A DNA stretch of 64,000 nt from Octopus vulgaris (taxonomy: Eukaryota). This document shows positions 25,641 to 39,310 of the stretch, piece by piece. The stretch spans positions 26,474,001-26,538,000 of the forward strand of contig OX597828.1 in assembly GCA_951406725.2 (NCBI GenBank), given 5' to 3'. How positions within the stretch are numbered: position 1 is the stretch's first letter; each line of letters begins with the position of its first letter. The translations under genes and the position numbers were made by a program. Below the pieces are notes generated by a model. It was given only the letters and a program-made list of their open reading frames with translations. It made no database searches and was not told where the DNA came from.

Positions 25641-26573
25641 AACTCTTGCTACTACGATGACAATATGATCATTTTAAAATTATAGAAAGATAACTGAGGC
25701 CTCTTAATTATCTCCAGTGAACATAGTTAAAACTAAACAAGTGAAACCTTATAACCTAATAGAAAATAAAACTTAAATAACAGACACACTGGACAGGTCA
25801 AGCAACATAGCAATTTAATCTTACAACTTGTCTGGTGGTGGCAACTACCATTTACTTGAATGATGATGATGATGATGGTGGTGATGAAGACTGGCAGCCT
25901 TCATTAGTTGTTGGAACACCTTACAGACAGCAATGGTGGAGAGATGGAAATGAAAATATTAATTTAGATCAGAAAGTAGGTTACAGGATGAACACATACA
26001 TGCACGCGTTCTTGTGTGTATGGGAACATCGTCATTTAATGCATTTAACGACCACTTTTCCATGCTTGCACGGGTCAAACAGACTTTGTTGAGGCAGATT
26101 TTCTGTGACAAAGATTGGAAATGAAAGACACTGCCTATATAATGGGCAGCACTTGCTTACATCCATCATGCAATGTCAAGGCAAGAACACACACACACAC
26201 ACTTTACAAGGAGAGTACCTTTATGGTTGATCATGTTGGGGTTCAACCTGTCAATCAGCTTCAATAAAAGAAATCTGCATCAAAGAGGGATTCTTTATTT
26301 TCTGCCAAACCAAAATGTCTATAATTTGTTGTTGTTTTTTTATACAATTGCCATTAACAATTTGGACAGAATGAAACTAGTTTTTCCTCATCATTGACTC
26401 TGCTCAGCACCATTTCAGTTAAATGCCAAACTAACTTTCTTTCTTCCTTTCTTTCTTTTTCTTTTTTTAAGAATTAATTAGAGAGAGAGAGAGAGTATCA
26501 CTGACACACAGACTGTCCTGCAAACATGTCCTTTCTTAGCATTGATAGAATATACATTTCATTTTTACTTTAA

Positions 26574-26795
26574 TCCTTCATCATTTAAACTGGCCCTATC
26601 TGGCTAAAATATTCTATCTGTTTTATATTCAAAGCAGTCAAATCTTACCTTTCACACCTACCCTACAATGTCATTTGAAAAAAATAAACAAGCACATTAT
26701 TGAAATCTCAAACCTAGGAGGTAATGTGTGCTTGACTTAAAACAATGTGGATAAATAAGCATTACATTTGATGGGGCAGTCTGAATGCTGAAGGG
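26574..26795. mobile_element. piggyBac-type MITE, copy of 3257-3475 in opposite orientation
   Basis: TTAA at 26570, internal TCACACCTACCCTACAATGTC, terminal GAAGGG. Confidence 0.8.
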
Positions 26796-26805
26796 TTTGT
26801 CTGTA

Positions 26806-27025
26806 AGGCAGCAAATTGGTGGAGCCATTGTGGGTTTGGACCAAATACTTAACTCATTCCTGACACTTTGCATTCTGATTTCAAATTCCCCCAAGGTTGA
26901 CTTTACCTTTCATCCTTTCAAAGTCAATAAAATAAAGTACCAGTCAGGTACTGGGGTCATTAGAACCAACAAACCTATGTCCCCTAAAATTACTGGCTTT
27001 GCGTAAACTTTGAACCCATTATTAT
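26806..27025 (+). mobile_element. Degenerate family B SINE
   Basis: TTCAAATTCCCCCAAGGTTGACTTTACCTTTCATCCTTTC..TAAAGTACCAG. Confidence 0.75.
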
Positions 27026-27510
27026 TAATTTCATTTCTCTTTCTTTCCTTTTTTTGTGACAAATGAAATAATTCTAACCTTGGTTAAAGAGTCCGCAAGC
27101 CTCAAGGCCAAACAGGTATAATGCATAATTACATAATAGGCCAAAAAATACAAATAAAAAAATTTTAATGTCTATCATTATCCTTACCTCTACATTGCAG
27201 TTTAAAACTATAATTAATGTAACTAACACTAATTCCTTCTATCATCCTCTCCCTCTAAAGTTAATATATTTACATATACTTACACACGCACACACACACA
27301 TATATATATATATATACACACACATATAATCACTCAAGCATATATCTATACATATATAGACATATATACAGATAGTCATAAAAACATATATAGACATATA
27401 CACGGGCAATCACTCATGCATATATAAACATATATACATAGTCATACACACACTGACACACACAATTATATATGCTAATTAACCATTTTTTCTACTTTCC
27501 AATATGTTGC

Positions 27511-27582
<72 letters not shown>

Positions 27583-27669
27583 GCCCAGGCAGTGGTTCTC
27601 ATGGCAAAACAAATGAAATGATGCCCAGATATTAACATAAATACACACATACATACACATGTATGTATG

Positions 27670-27723
<54 letters not shown>

Positions 27724-28250
27724 GATTTTATTTGTTATATATATATTTGTATCTGTGTGTGTAAATACACACATACATATATATATATATATACAAACAC
27801 ACACTTTCAGATAAAACCTATGTTACCACCATATTCACTCCAAATTTTAACTATATTTTCTGGCAGGGCTGTTAATCATGTGTATATGGGAGGAGAGAGA
27901 AGAGGGGAGAGAGAGAAAAAGAGAGAATGAAAGAAAGGATTAATATGAAAATATTAAGCTTTTCACACTAAAACTCCTGCTTTCAATGAGAACAGCTATC
28001 AATTTGTTGACCTTTAGAAATAATAAAATGCACCTAATTCAGACATTATTATTATTATCATCATCATCATCATCATCATCATTGTTACTTTCAATTGCCT
28101 TATTTCTTTTTTACCTTCAAATTCACTAATTTCGTTATTTTATTACATTTATTCAATTCCCTTCTATTACAGTGATAAAACTATTTTCAAGTTTATATAA
28201 CACAATTTCAAATCAGTGGGAAAAAAAAAAATAATAATAATAATAATAAT

Positions 28251-28420
28251 GCGCAGGAGTGGCTGTGTGGTAAGTAGCTTGCTAACCAACCACATGGTTC
28301 TGGGTTCAGTCCCACTGCGTGGCATCTTGGGCAAGTGTCTTCTGCTATAGCCCCGGGCCGACCAATGCCTTGTGAGTGGATTTGGTAGACAGAAACTGAA
28401 AGAAGCCTGTCGTAAATATG

Positions 28421-28453
<33 letters not shown>

Positions 28454-28668
28454 TTGTGTGTCTGTGTTTGTCCCCCTAGCATTGCTTGACAACCGATGCT
28501 GGTGTGTTTACGTCCCCGTCACTTAGCGGGTTGGCAAAAGAGACCGATAGAATAAGTACTGGGCTTACGAAGAATAAGTCCCGGGGTCGATTTGCTCGAC
28601 TAACGGCGGTGCTCCAGCATGGCCACAGTCAAATGAAATGACTGAAACAAGTAAAAAAGAGTAAAGAG
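28251..28668 (+). mobile_element. Young full-length family A SINE
   Basis: Reverse complement of 12720-13126 with few differences. Confidence 0.95.
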
Positions 28669-29271
28669 ATTATGTCCAAATGTTGTAATAAGAGCAAGGG
28701 TAAACCTCCAGGTAAGAAAATAATTTATTCTACAAGGGAATGAAGTTTTATTCTCTTCAAAACTATTCTAACATTCATCGCTTAGTTTTCTTCTTTTTTG
28801 TCTCTTTACTTTTTTCTTTTTTTCTTTCTTTTTTGTAGGATCTTTATTCTACTAAACCATTTCTTGCCATGGCAACCACAACCCTTCCATCAACAAACCT
28901 AAATAGAATTCACTATGCAAATTCTAGCAGAGATCACCATCATCATCATCATCATTTACAATCCATGTCCCATGCTGGCACGGGTTGGACAGTTTGACAG
29001 GATCTGATAGGCCCCAAGGACTGCATTGTGCTCCAATTGTCTGCTTTGGCGTGGTTTCTACAGTTGGTTACCCCACCCCTAATGCTGACCACATAACATT
29101 ATACAGGGTGCTGGGGGCTTTTTGGTGGTGCCACCAGTGCTACTGAAGTTGCCAGGTAGCTTGCAAGTGAAACTCCAAATTTTGGACACATTTTGCATTA
29201 GAAATATTTGGGAATATTAAAAATATAGGGGGAAACCACTTACTGTGATCATTTTAGGGATTGGAAAGCCT

Positions 29272-29302
<31 letters not shown>

Positions 29303-29304
<2 letters not shown>

Positions 29305-29514
29305 TTTCAAATTTTGGCAAAGGCCAGCAATATCAGGAGAGGAGGTAAGTCAATTACATTGCTCCCAGTGCATAACTGGTACTTATTTCATCAACCCCCA
29401 AAAGGACGAAAGGCAAAATTGACCTCAGCAGAATTTGAACTCAGAACACAAAGAGGGCTGAAATGCAACTAAGCATTGTTTGGTATGCTGATAATTCTGC
29501 CAGCTCACCACCAC

Positions 29515-29576
<62 letters not shown>

Positions 29577-29770
29577 TAGGAACAAGGTCTGAAATTTTGG
29601 GGGAGAATCCTGGCTGACTATAATGACCCCAGTGTTTAATTAGTACTTATTTTATCAACCCTAAAATGATGAAAGCCAGAGATAACCTTGCCGGAATTTG
29701 AACTCAGAATATCACGTTAGTAATACTTGACAAATAAAAAATTTAGGTTCCACTAATTTTGGCAGCACTA
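29303..29770 (-). mobile_element. Two tandem family B SINEs, each ending in a microsatellite tail ((ATC)n and (ATT)n)
   Basis: GAATTTGAACTCAGAA near 29430 and 29694. GAAAGGCAAAATTGACCTC and GTACTTATTT motifs present. Confidence 0.8.
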
Positions 29771-31149
29771 ATTAGTAAATGACATTATCACTGATTAAAA
29801 TAGATGTCTTCCAAAGTAGTAAGAAAAATATAACAAATTTATTTCAATAACAAAAAAATATAAATTCGCCTCCCATCATTGCAAATAATAAAAATAATAA
29901 AAGGAAAGGGTAAAAATTTGTCTTTTGCTCAACGAATATTTTTAAATAAATTATAAAAAAATTCTGATGACTAAGCTAATTTGAAGGATATCTATATTTG
30001 CATATATAAGTTTTAATGATAATCCACTTAAAATACAATATATTTAGTATAATTAGTATAATCGGTTTTATTTTGCTAGTTGAGCCACACCCTAACTCAG
30101 TTTTTCTTGTTTCTTTTTTTTTGTTTTTTTTGAACAGCTGATAGTAATGTGGTGGTGGGGGGTCTGAGATAGGGGTGGGGTGGGGGAGAATCGAAAATAT
30201 ATAAAAATTAATGCCTCCACATCCACATCACCAAATTCAAATACTTCTTCAAAATTCCCCCCTCCTCTTTACAACTCCTCCTCCAGTCCCCCCACCCACC
30301 ACACTTTCACCTAGGCAACAAACAAGACATCAAAGGACCAAAGAAGAGAAAGAAAGATGAGGAAAGGTGGCGGGCGTGGCGGTGGCGGCGGCAGGCAGGA
30401 CGGGGAGTGTACGTAATCTAATAAATAACTGATCCTTTAAAGCAAAGGGAGCAGAAAAACTGCTGCCACTCCAATCGTGTCCTCTTGTCCTCCATCTCAC
30501 CACCGTCACCACCACCACCACTACCACCAGTTACCTCGCCTCCTCTCCTCCTCCTCCTCTGCCATTCTATTGAGTGCTTTCTGAGGTGTGTATGTGTGTG
30601 TGTAGGGCGGGGTTGGGGGGTGGCTACTGCAGGAGAAAAGTGGTGAGTGTTGTTATTCATTAGGAGTGTTAAATTATTGGCTAAAAGCATTCCAGGAAGT
30701 GCGGGTGTGTAGGAGGGGTGTGAAGGGGTGGAGAGGATGTTGGGGCACATTTTTTTTTTTTGTTTACTCAAAACTCTGAGTAGCTCAAAAATGACAGCAG
30801 CTTTTACCATTTATGAGTTTAAATGACTCCACACATACACACACACACACACACGCCTAACTGTCATCATTACTACTGCAGTCACCATTTCACTAATGGT
30901 TACAACCACACACACATCACCACCATCACCACCACTACCATCATCATCATCATCTCCACAATGCTTTATCTATGTATTCTGCCTTCACAACATTCATTAT
31001 CTTTCTTTCCTTCTTAACCATTACCATCATCATATACAAAACCATGCATTCTTTTATTTTTTTATGTAATTTTTTTTAAATGCTGGGCCTGTTTTTTTTT
31101 TCTTTCACTTAATTATGGAGCAAGTGAAAAAAATGATAAAAATTTATTT

Positions 31150-31151
31150 GA

Positions 31152-31188
<37 letters not shown>

Positions 31189-31211
31189 TTACTAATAACA
31201 ATCACAATAGC

Positions 31212-31267
<56 letters not shown>

Positions 31268-31290
31268 TGATGATGATAATAATAATGATA

Positions 31291-31355
<65 letters not shown>

Positions 31356-31372
31356 AAAAATAATAATACTAA

Positions 31373-31464
<92 letters not shown>

Positions 31465-31465
31465 T
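31150..31465. repeat. Long (AAT)n microsatellite
   Basis: Seen directly in the sequence. Confidence 0.95.
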
Positions 31466-31934
31466 CTATGGACATGACAAAAGAGCTAAAAGAAAATAAG
31501 AAACAAGAAAAAAAAGTGAGGAAATTAATGGCTCTAGACAGCTATATTGCTTTTTATAGCTGATTATCCACACACATAAATACATACATATGTACGTGTG
31601 TGTATAATCCATTATAAGAAGAGTTGGATGAATTCTGCACTATCTACTACATACTTAAGAGACAAGACTTGTTTGGCCATTACTCAACAGAGCAGTAATA
31701 ACAATACATATACAACTATCAGTGTAATGATAAAATTGAAATTAGAATATGAAAGGTAGATGGACAGGTAGATGGACAGGTACGTGGGTTAGCGGGAAAT
31801 GAAAACACTTGTTTTCTATGGAGATTCTAACAACACATGTATATTGCTATAATACCTTGATGCGTATCAGGAATAAAATGGTTAAACAGCTATCAGGAGA
31901 TAGACAGAGAGTGAGGTGGGGGGGAGGAGAATAT

Positions 31935-32090
31935 GGGTGTGGTTGTGTGGTAAGAGATTTACTTCCCAAGTACATGGTTTTGGGGTCAGTCCCAGTGCAG
32001 AGCACCTTGGCCTTGGGCCGACTAAAACCTGGTGAGAGGATTTGGCAGATGAAAACTGGAAGAAGCCTGTCGTATATATGTGTGTGCATG
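31935..32090 (+). mobile_element. Family A SINE 5' half
   Basis: TGGTTGTGTGGTAAGA..GGGTCAGTCCCAGTGC..AAACTGGAAGAAGCCTGTCGTATAT. Another copy on minus at 33060-33220. Confidence 0.75.
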
Positions 32091-32187
32091 TGCCCTTGGC
32101 AAACAAGCATCCTAATTCTACAAGCAATGTTGTTCGCTTCTTGTTTTCCATGAAAAAAAACAAAACCATTTGGCCTTGGTAATAGTC

Positions 32188-32247
<60 letters not shown>

Positions 32248-32269
32248 TATATATATTCATATATATATA

Positions 32270-32743
32270 GTTCAGCAAGATTTAGATTCAGATGAATATG
32301 ATACTTAAGTTAAAGACACCAGAATTTAGTATGGTATTATCCATATAAATCAAATGGGGTGATTATAATCAAAATAAGCAACAAAGATATCCAAGGTAGT
32401 GTAGTACAATTGTTTCATGCTACTTCATTTTATTAAACACTGTAAGTATTACATCAGTTTTAAAATGTCGAGCAATCTTCAGCCACATATAGAATTGCCA
32501 ACATTACAAAGAGGGTAGATATATATAGACAGAGAAGTTAATATATGTCTATATATCTACCCTCTTTGTAATGTTGGCAAATGTATGAGAAGAATATGCA
32601 TTGTCAGTGTAATTGGAAAATTCTATAAGTGGGTGAAGATTGCTCGACATTTTAAAACTGATGTAATACTTACAGTGTTTAATAAAATGAAGTAGCACGA
32701 AACAATTGTACTACACTACCTTGGATATCTTTGTTGCTTATTT

Positions 32744-32747
<4 letters not shown>
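32270..32747 (-). mobile_element. Fold-back element 2: probable Penelope-like pLTR remnant with inverted copy
   Basis: Near-perfect palindrome 32368-32531 / 32546-32747 with a ~40-nt indel. One-sided tail 32270-32367. (TA)n on both sides. Both arms carry GAAACAATTGTA. Confidence 0.8.
32400..32487 (-). ncRNA. Minimal type-I hammerhead ribozyme motif
   Basis: On minus: stem I UGUGG, core CUGAAGA, U, stem II UGCU..AGCA extended by CAUUUUA/UAAAAUG and UGUAA/UUACA, U, GAAA, palindromic CAAUUG, UA cleavage site (GUA), stem I' CUACA. The plus-arm copy has GUGAAGA (core C mutated). Confidence 0.7.
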
Positions 32748-32782
<35 letters not shown>

Positions 32783-33508
32783 CACATATATGTAACATCA
32801 ATGTCATTATTTTAATGCTCATTGTTCCATGCTCAAATGAATCAGACAGAATTTGTTGAGGCAGATTTTCTATGGTGAGAAACCTTTCCTGTCCCTAACT
32901 CTCACCTGTTTCTCAGATTAAGTAACAATTCCCTATGACCGAACATGTTTTCACAGAAGACTGTAAAAAAGGACACAGCGTTTAAGAAAGGGACACTCGT
33001 TTACAATTATCATGCAATGTCATAACAAAAAGACAGTAACACACACACACACACACATCTATATGATGATCTTCTTTCAGTTTCTGTCTGCCCAAATCCT
33101 CTGACAAGCCTTTGGTGAGCCCAGGGCCATAACAGGAGACACTTGCCACAAGAGCCACTTGGAGGAACTAAACTCAAAGCTGTGTGACTGAGAAACAAGC
33201 TTCTTACCCACACACCCATGCCCCCCTCCACCACTCACACACACACACATACACACACATACACACACACACACACACACATGCACGCACACGCACAAAC
33301 ATTAAATTGAAAATCAAAAATGCCTATGCAAAAACAATGACACTGCATTGATCTTGCAGACACAAATATAGCAAAGTTTATGGTTGGGGCTGGTGTTGGA
33401 TGATGGATGGTGATAGGATGGGAGAGGATAAAGTAAAAAAAAGATGATGGAAAGTGAAGGAGAGGGAGAGAGAGAGAGAGAGAGATGTGACATGAGTGAG
33501 AAGTGGGA

Positions 33509-33540
<32 letters not shown>

Positions 33541-33740
33541 TTTGGAAAAGACAGGCCAACACTATAGAATGTCATTGATGAATAATGGAGAGAATATGCA
33601 ATGGCATTAATACGGAATTAATTAATACGCTACATTGGTAACAGAAGCTGTTTCCTGTTTCATTTTACTTTCAATTCTGGATTTCCTCACCTGTTTAAAA
33701 ATCATATTCTTTCAAACTTAAAAACAATGTATGGGCAAAT

Positions 33741-33817
<77 letters not shown>

Positions 33818-35294
33818 GAGAGACTCATACACACACACGTACGCAGCAATCATAAGGTATTAGATAATAGCATAAACTGACCAAATAAAAAATGTTTTTA
33901 AATACGTAAATCCCCACCACCAAATTTTTTTAGCTTTGTTTTGTTATTTCTTTCAGGTTTTTTTTTTTTTTCTTTCTAATCCTACTGTTAAAGTTAAAGC
34001 TGGAAGTGCTTGTAGATTTATTTATTTATTTATTTATTTATTTGTTTCTTTCTTTCTTTGAATTTTAGATTTACATAATTTCCGATTAGAAATTATTAAT
34101 TTCATGCCATCTGCCCCAGTATTATCTTTCAGAGTGTCATCAGCAAAACAAAAAAAAAAAAAAAAAGCAAAAAAAATATTTATGGCAGTTTATTATTAAT
34201 TATCTGCTGATTAAAAAAAAACAAAAAAAAACAAACAAATGCTAATAAAACAAATATATACACAATAATAATAACAACAACAACAACAACAACAAGAAAG
34301 ACTTAATCGTTTCCATCTCCCCTAGCTTTGCTGTTGACTTGATCATTGGTTGCTGTTCTGTAACATATTTATGCAGTCATCAACAGTCCAAACTGAAAGA
34401 GTCTGAAAGGTGAAGACAGATGCACAGCTCAACTAATTGAGTAAACAGCTTATATGAGAAGAGAAAGCCAACGTCTTTAACATTCCAAATCAGCTGCTGT
34501 TTGTGCTATTTATTGTGTCAGACATCTGCCTGTCAACATATAAATACACACACTCACACACACACACTTCCATACAGAGAGAGACATCTATGTATACATA
34601 CACAGACATGTACACATGCACACATTCATACATACTTGTATACATACCTCCATATGTACATACCTACATACACACAAACACACACACACGAGTGAATGAA
34701 CAAACAAAAGCAAGTAGCATTCAATATATTTGGTAGGACTTACATATATTTTTAATAATGGCTCGGCTCAGCTCAACATGAGCTACGGTTTTATCAGATT
34801 CTAGAAGCAGTCCGCTCCTAGCATCTGATGAGATGAACACGTCCTACCCACCCACAAAACTTCAAGTCATGTGGAGCTGAGGCAAACTGTTATTTAAAAA
34901 CATTATATGTAATTCACGCACTCACACAGATAAATATACACGTACAAATGTGCAAAGAGGGAAGTCGACAGATATGAAAATAATATAACTAAGCAATAGA
35001 TTAGAATATTTTCCTGTAGTTTTTTATTTTATCATTTTGTTCTGAGAAGGAACATTTACCCATCACATTGGGTTGTCTCTACAGATCAGAAGGGTAAAGG
35101 AATGAATTAAAGTCTGTCCCATGTGGCTGTTGCAAAATTAGATTTTTTTATGTACTCAATGGTCACATAGTACGTGAGGGGGGTATGGGGAGAGAACTGA
35201 GCTCCGTAAAGTAGCTGTTCCCAAAAATGATGTAACATAGTGCTTGGTTGATTGGTTGATGAAAGGATGTTGGTGAGGAAACACAGTATACAGT

Positions 35295-35810
35295 GGTTGT
35301 TTAGTCCCAGGTTAGTCCAGATTGAGTAGATCTGTGGATCAAAGGATTTACTGCCATGACCATTCCATCTTGTTTTCCAGGCATAGTGTCTCTTGGACTA
35401 CATTATTTAATGCGTCCATTTTTTTTTTTACCAATGATACGGTGTACATTTGAGGAAGATTTGATCACTATTTCTAGCAGGTAAATGATCGTGTAGGGGC
35501 TTCATCTTTGGCTCGTAAACACAGTGGTGGTTGTTGTTACTTAACATCAAATGAACTGTTCCTGCCATGACCATCCCATCTTTTTTCCAGGCATAGTGTC
35601 TCTTGGACCACATTATCTAATGTGTCAATATTTTTTCATGATATGATGTAAATTTGAGGGAGATTTGACTGCTCTGTCTAGAGGGCAAATCATCAGATAA
35701 GGGCTCCAGCCTTTGCTTGTAAGTACTGTGGTAGTTATTGTTGTTGTTACTTAACCTCAGGACAACCCTGATTGAGCAGATAGTTGTTGTCTGGAATTGC
35801 ATTATCCAGT
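35295..35810 (+). repeat. ~211-bp tandem duplication of a family E repeat
   Basis: CTGCCATGACCAT.CCATCTT..TTCCAGGCATAGTGTCTCTTGGAC at 35351 and 35562. Confidence 0.85.
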
Positions 35811-37624
35811 GACAATGGCTTTATGTGCAGATGGGTTCACAGCCAGCAATTTCTTTTCTTTTCTTTATAGAACACTAAGAGCAGACAACATGATGATTTG
35901 CAGGAAGCAATGATGACTTGCAGTGAAAGAGAGAGAAGGACAGAGAGTTTATTTAGACTAAATAGAAGAAGGATGTCCTTCTGCTGAATGTTACTTAAAA
36001 TATCACAATAAGTTCAATAACTGGTGTGTTGGTTGCCTCAATTTGTCAGAGCAATATTCCATCACGGGTGAATATTTATTTGGATTTTTCTAGAGAGTTT
36101 CTTCATTAGAAACAAAAAAAAAAAAAAAAGGAGAGAGAGGAGAGATGGGTGAGACAAATCACTGGAGCCAGTCTCAGCAATGCAAAAATAACAAAATAAA
36201 AAAAAAAAAAAGGTATGCTTTTATGAAGCAAGTTGTTCATGAGAAGATTGTAATCATGATGATGATGATGATGATGATGATGGCAGGTTTTCTTCTTTGT
36301 TGAAACAAGCAAAATTTGTGTCTCAGTGTCTGTAACCCATTGTTTCTTAATCTGTTGTAGTTGCTGTGGAACAGCATCAAGTTGAGTAAACAAGATGAGA
36401 AAGCCAATATTTAAGTTAACTTTCCAAGTCAGGCTTTTATTAATACAGAAGAATTAAACGACGAAGACTTCAATTGATTTTATATCTTACCCCTACAGGC
36501 GCTCACAGTTTCTTTTTTGTTTTTCTTCGTTTCTTGTGTGTTAAGACTGTGACAATATAGAAGCCATGATTAGAGACCTAAGCTACTCCTCCTTGTACAA
36601 GGTTCAATGTCCAACTCATGTCACTTACTCTACAAATTACACTCCTTCAGTTTTATTTATAACAGAATTCTTCATCGTAATAACTTCAGTTATGATCATT
36701 ATTTGAATTGTCTTGCTGCTGCTGCTGCCAAACATCTATATGTGTACATTCCAAGAAAACCCATTTCTATTTTCAATAATTTTATGAAACGAGAACAGCA
36801 TGCCAGCAGAAGAAAAACAGAAAACAGTAAAAAAAAAAAAAAAAAGCAGCAAAGTTCTGAACTAAATACTTGATATTTAGAGACATCAGAATATAATGTG
36901 CGGGTTCGAATTATGCCCTGACCCGTTTGTTTTCTATTCCTCCAGGTGACCGTGTCAACGGAATAAATGCATGTGTTACAATGTTGTTGAGTTGGGTAGA
37001 ATTACCCTATACCCACAACACATACACACACACACAATAAATAAATAGATTATCCATGCCTAATTAAGAAACAAAAAACAATGCAGGAATTGCTTTGGAT
37101 CTTTAGGTAAAAGACTCGGCTATTTAAATTGGTTGACCAAGTTATAAAAATAGTCCTATTCGTACGCACTTTTATAGGCCGAAGCTAAAGGGTACCTCAT
37201 CCAACCATGAAATATGTATTTGAACAATTCGCAAACAATTCGTCTGCATTTTGTAGAAGCGTTTATCCAATGCGATGCTTATGTCCACAAAAGTTGCTGC
37301 TGTTGTTGTTGTTGTTTCAGTTGTTAAGTAGCAGAGATCAGTCCTGCCAAGCACACTTACAGCATGGAAGTAGTAACCAATCAAACGCCTAAGAATAACA
37401 CACGCATTTTAGTCTGTCTGGTTTGTCAGGACACATAAGGATTCAGCAAATCTACCAAGGATAACATCACTGTCTGTGCGGGAAGGAATAGGGGGATGAT
37501 AACCAACAGAGGAGAGTGCATATTTTTTCTTTGTTTTTTTTTTTTATTATTTGTTTACATATTCTTTTTGTTTTTTCTTTGGGTTTTTTTTTCTTTTCTT
37601 TTTCCCATGTATATAGTTCAGTAC

Positions 37625-37780
37625 CTCACTGTTCTGAGTTCAAATCCTGATGGGGTTGCTTTTTGCTTTTCATCATTTTGAGAGTCGATAAAATAAGCAC
37701 CAGTAATATACTGGCTTTGATTCAAATGACTGCGCACCTCCCCTACAAAATCTCGTCTTGTGCCTAGTCAAAAGAAATCA
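37625..37780 (+). mobile_element. Degenerate family B SINE
   Basis: GTTCTGAGTTCAAATCC..GTCGATAAAATAAGCACCAG..CTTGTGCCTAG. Confidence 0.75.
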
Positions 37781-38712
37781 ACATTTAGGTAGTTATTGCA
37801 GACTGTCTAATAAACGTTGATAAGATGTGGACCAGATGTGGCCAGGGAAATATATATATAATCATATATATATTTATATACATATATTTATATACACTCT
37901 TAACTGGATCAGAAGGAAAATTATGCAGAATATCATTAAAACTGAGACACAAAAAAAAAAAAAAATATATGCATGTATATATTAAAAATTTGAAATTAAT
38001 TTTAAAATGTGAAGAAGATGAAAATAATGGAAATCACAAACATTAAAATGATAATTTTAGTTGATATCATAGAAAAAATTTTTTTTTTAAAAGTGTAAAT
38101 AGGAACAACAGCAATGACAACAACAACAACAACAACGACCTGGCTCGTTTTTGTCAAAAGTATGTATATGTGTATGTGTATATATATATGTGTGTGTATG
38201 TGTATATATATATATATATAGGTGTGTATGTGTATATATATATATGTGTGTATGTGTATATATATATATAAATAAATATAAATGCACACACACACACACG
38301 TGTGTGTGTGTATGTGTGTGTGTGGATATAAATAAAAGGAAAAGGAAGAAATAATGTGAAAAAAAAAAAGTAAAAGTGAATTGGCCTTCAGAAATACTGC
38401 CATATTGCTTTAAATGGTGAAAGAGAGGAGGAAAACAATGAGTAGTAAGCTGACTTTACACGAGACAATATCAAGAACACGCACTGACTTAATAAATGCA
38501 GACATTTTGAGTTACAAAGGTTAGATGTTGAAATTGTACGCAGAACATCAACAACAATTATTACAACAACTACAATAGTGCAGACATTAACCGAGGAGAG
38601 AGAAAAGAGATGAGTTCAGAGAATATAATGGTGATGGAATTCCACATCTTCACAACGCAATTTAATTAGATTGCATTAGATAATAAAATAAACAAGTAGT
38701 AGTAGTAGTAGC

Positions 38713-38758
<46 letters not shown>

Positions 38759-39106
38759 ATAATAATGGCAAAAAGTAATGTTAGATACATTAATATTGCA
38801 GGAAGAAAAAAAAACAAAAAAAAACAAAACAAAAAGGAAAGAATCGAGACGTTAAAGAATTAAAAATCAAGAGTTGATACTGTACACAGCTAAACCCCAA
38901 AATTTAACTGAGTTTATTCTATATAATGAGAAGTGAACGAGAAACCTATAACTACTACTGACGAGGTCTGGTGATAAAACATGAAGCCATCAATACAAGA
39001 CACCAGTAACTACATCACCAGCAATAATCAGTTAACATGGCTACAACAGCCATTCAGTTGAAGCAGGAGAGAGCAGCAATGTTGTCATCATTATTATTAT
39101 TGTCCA

Positions 39107-39137
<31 letters not shown>

Positions 39138-39249
39138 GCGAAGGATAACTAAGTCATTCCAGGAACCGAACCTATAGAAGCCCCCTCATAAGAGCAAAGA
39201 ATGGAAATGAAGCTACTGAATGCAAGGGTGATCATGGTTAATTGCAACT

Positions 39250-39310
39250 GTAACCGAAAACGCAGCGTTTCTAATGGCCAAAACTAAAGCGCCAATCAAC
39301 ACGTGACAGA
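39250..39310. promoter_or_regulatory. Candidate promoter element: CCAAT box adjacent to a canonical E-box
   Basis: GCCAATCAACACGTGAC (CCAAT 39292-39296, CACGTG 39300-39305) in repeat-poor sequence that retains CpG. Confidence 0.4.

Noticed and set aside
38958-38990. CTGACGAG hammerhead core
   Set aside because: No stem II or GAAA downstream.
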